A DNA stretch of 42,262 bases from Sedimentisphaerales bacterium. Its GTDB lineage: Bacteria > Planctomycetota > Phycisphaerae > Sedimentisphaerales > SM23-30. The notes beneath the pieces were generated by a model, which was given only the letters and a program-made list of their open reading frames with translations, was not told the DNA's origin and did no database searches. The DNA lies in contig CAXXMR010000026.1 in assembly GCA_963663805.2 (NCBI GenBank), positions 1-42,262 on the forward strand, read 5' to 3'. The position numbers and the translations under genes were made by a program. Within the stretch, counting starts at the first letter, position 1, and each line of letters begins with the position of its first letter. Of the stretch, positions 39,968 through 42,262 are shown in pieces.

Positions 39968-41461
39968 TTATCTGGTATAAACCGGGAGTAACACCTCAGG
40001 GTAGTCCGTCGCGAAACTGACCACCCCCATATCAATCAGTTTCTTATAAACCTGCGGGGTATTTATCTGCCAGGGGAGAACCTGGAAAATGATGCCCCGC
40101 TCCTCAAGCTCTTTTTTGGCGTCAAGAATGAAATCATCAGACAGACTGCATCCCTCTCCCTCGGGATGATAATGGAATTGGATAATGGTCACGGAGCGGA
40201 AATTTTCCCGACGGAGATGGTTCATTTTTATGTTGATAACTGTTTGCGAACCGCCAATCCACATCATGGTCTGGGAGGAGGGTATCAGTTGTTTCCACAG
40301 ACACAGCAGATTGTGGCTGCGCGAGGTGAAAATCACCTGGCTTTCGATATTATACTGGGTGACCATGTCCGCGAGTCTCTGCAGGCTGATACTTTTATAA
40401 TCGAGGAAAATAAATCTCCGGGGGTCTTGCGACATTGCCAGGAACACTTCGTCGAGAGTAGGAATTCTTTGACCGGGCTTACCTCGAAATTCGCCCACGT
40501 CAAGCGACTTGACTTCAGCAAGGGTCATCTGCGAAATAGTCTTCTCGCGGAGGTTTTCCGGGGCATTCGGCGCCAGCCTCTCGGTATTGCCGTCATGAAT
40601 ACAGACGATCACATCGTCAAGAGTAGTGCGAATATCGGCTTCGGGAATCACATTGCGATCCCAGGCCCATTTGAAAGTCTCCAGGGTGTTTTCCGGAACC
40701 GCCATGCCTCCGCCCCGATGCAGTTGTATGGGATAAACTCCCAGACTCTTGTATTTGTCCATAAAGGAAAGGCCGAGAACCTGATTATAATCCGCCAGAG
40801 ACTTAATCGCAGCATAATCGAGGGCTTCATCGAAAACCTTCACTTCATCTATCATGCCCCTGGCAAATACCCGGGCCGGACCATCCGGTGTGGTTATCTT
40901 GGCGCCGATCACAATCGGACATTGGGAATCATCACGCCGACCTTTGGTATCAAGTGCCTGGTCAAGTTTGCCATCGACGTACAAGCATATCGTTCGCCCG
41001 TCGTAAACGCCGGCGATATGATGCCATCGGCCGTCAGCGACATCCGTGCCGCCGGTGCAGTTATACCCCGTCTTCCGGCCTCTGACGGTAAAAGCGGCGA
41101 ATCCCTCATCGTCACACAGCCGAATCTGCCAGCCCTGTCTGCCCTCGCCGCCTTTACTGACGATGGGGGCCCACGCCGGATTATCCGACAAATTCCCCTT
41201 GAACCAGCAGCTTACTGTTAAACTCTCCGTATCGCCAGTCAGGTTCTCCGTGCCTCTAAGGACCAGGGCATTATCGCCATCGGCGGTGAGGTCCAGGGAC
41301 CGGCCCAGCACTCCGCAGGAAAAACCGACCTTGCCGACAACGGCGTTTTGCAGGGCGGCCTGCTCAGAGCCGGCATCAAAGCTCCAGTACGCCGCCAGCC
41401 CGGCCAAGGCTGCATTGGTCAGCATCAACAAGATTACGCAGATTACCGATAAATGTTTCAT
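39968..41461 (-). CDS. Secreted LamG + glycerophosphodiester phosphodiesterase (paralogue of 30339..31865)
   Basis: Signal peptide MKHLSVIC...AALA (ORF extends to 41506); WHHIAGVYDG, IDEVKVFD; HRGG...PENTL, EADIRTT, TDYP. Confidence 0.9.
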   Translation of the reverse strand: MKHLSVICVILLMLTNAALAGLAAYWSFDAGSEQAALQNAVVGKVGFSCGVLGRSLDLTADGDNALVLRGTENLTGDTESLTVSCWFKGNLSDNPAWAPIVSKGGEGRQGWQIRLCDDEGFAAFTVRGRKTGYNCTGGTDVADGRWHHIAGVYDGRTICLYVDGKLDQALDTKGRRDDSQCPIVIGAKITTPDGPARVFARGMIDEVKVFDEALDYAAIKSLADYNQVLGLSFMDKYKSLGVYPIQLHRGGGMAVPENTLETFKWAWDRNVIPEADIRTTLDDVIVCIHDGNTERLAPNAPENLREKTISQMTLAEVKSLDVGEFRGKPGQRIPTLDEVFLAMSQDPRRFIFLDYKSISLQRLADMVTQYNIESQVIFTSRSHNLLCLWKQLIPSSQTMMWIGGSQTVINIKMNHLRRENFRSVTIIQFHYHPEGEGCSLSDDFILDAKKELEERGIIFQVLPWQINTPQVYKKLIDMGVVSFATDYPEVLLPVYTR

Positions 41462-41515
41462 CTTGACAAAATCCGACTGTAAACACCTGACAATAGTTAT
41501 CATCATGTCAATTCT

Positions 41516-42262
41516 CTATTCGATTTCCACGGTGCAGAATGTTTCGGGTGAGGTCATATTGCAGTAGTGAGCCTGAATCCAGGCGCTGCTGCGGGCGACC
41601 GCGGAGATGCGAACTTCGTCGAAAGCTCCGTCCGCGATATAATCACGATAATTTTCATTATAGAAATCACCGGCGCCAATATATAACGCGCCCGGTTCGG
41701 TACCGGTAGTCCCCGAATAGGCGGCATACCCGGCATACTGACCGTCGCAGAAAAACGTTATCTGGCTGCCGTTCGCGGTCGCGGCAAAATAGTGATAATC
41801 GCCCCAGGGCGGATCCAGGGCGCTGCTGTACTTCCAGGAACCGGACCAGACTCCGATCTTGAAGGTTGAGCCGTTGTAACAGGGCTTGAAGGCGAAACCG
41901 TCATTAGCCGTTACATTCCAGCGATTGGTTAAATCAAAAAATCTTCTGTCGGCGGTTACGTCATTCAACTTGGCCCAGACTTCAAAAGTGAAGCTGGTCA
42001 GGCCGCCAATCGAGGCGGGATTGGAACAAACCGTAAATGTGTCGGCGCCGTCGAAGACACACGCTGAGCCGGCGGGTGACTTCACGCTGCCCGAACCATA
42101 ATATCCGACCTTGACCAGATCATTGTTACCGGTACTGTCATTGACCGCAGCGAGTTCGGCCGTCAGCGGGTCGCAGATCTCGAATATTTTGTGAGCATAG
42201 GTACCGAAATAAAGATGTTTGCCGAACAGTGCCAGGCCTTCTGATTCTTCTGAAAGGCCGGT
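41516..42262 (-). CDS. LamG-like jellyroll domain protein, C-terminal part (runs off window end)
   Basis: Frame is open to 42262; FTFEVW, DGAFDEVRISAVARSSAWI. Confidence 0.8.
   Translation of the reverse strand, partial: TGLSEESEGLALFGKHLYFGTYAHKIFEICDPLTAELAAVNDSTGNNDLVKVGYYGSGSVKSPAGSACVFDGADTFTVCSNPASIGGLTSFTFEVWAKLNDVTADRRFFDLTNRWNVTANDGFAFKPCYNGSTFKIGVWSGSWKYSSALDPPWGDYHYFAATANGSQITFFCDGQYAGYAAYSGTTGTEPGALYIGAGDFYNENYRDYIADGAFDEVRISAVARSSAWIQAHYCNMTSPETFCTVEIE

Noticed and set aside
40166..41221. 351-aa plus-strand ORF and other long antisense ORFs (e.g. 17915-18595, 18755-19366)
   Set aside because: They lie opposite well-supported genes and show no motifs.
1..42262. tRNA or rRNA genes
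   Set aside because: No cloverleaf or rRNA signature recognised by eye.

Overview
Accessory region of a probable Planctomycete (Phycisphaerae-like: DUF1559-type prepilin gene, PEP-CTERM, many LamG domains, dockerin-like C-terminal tails; taxonomy is inference). There are four parts. (1) 1-5.6 kb: the left end of an IS21 copy, a structured non-coding segment, a large S8 protease with FG-GAP repeats, and a 14 x 20-bp palindromic tandem array. (2) 5.7-19.5 kb: a LacI regulator divergent from a PUL-like operon (prepilin-type protein, LamG/PEP-CTERM proteins, BNR/sialidase-like and GH5-like enzymes). (3) 19.7-29.2 kb: a nest of mobile DNA: IS200, an IS91/tyrosine-recombinase element interrupted by a complete IS21, higBA, two tandem CTAA-bounded elements of an unclassified type (one carrying IS66), and an orphan IS21 end. 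(4) 29.3-42.3 kb: a minus-strand glycerophosphodiester/glycerol-phosphate cluster with two LamG-GDPD enzymes, a GlpA-type G3P dehydrogenase module, an AraM/EgsA-type G1P dehydrogenase, a HAD phosphatase, a SorC-type regulator, a GlpT-type MFS and a URO-D-family protein. Many frameshifts are single extra bases, mostly in homopolymers, and may be sequencing artefacts. All family assignments come from motif recognition by eye; no searches were run.
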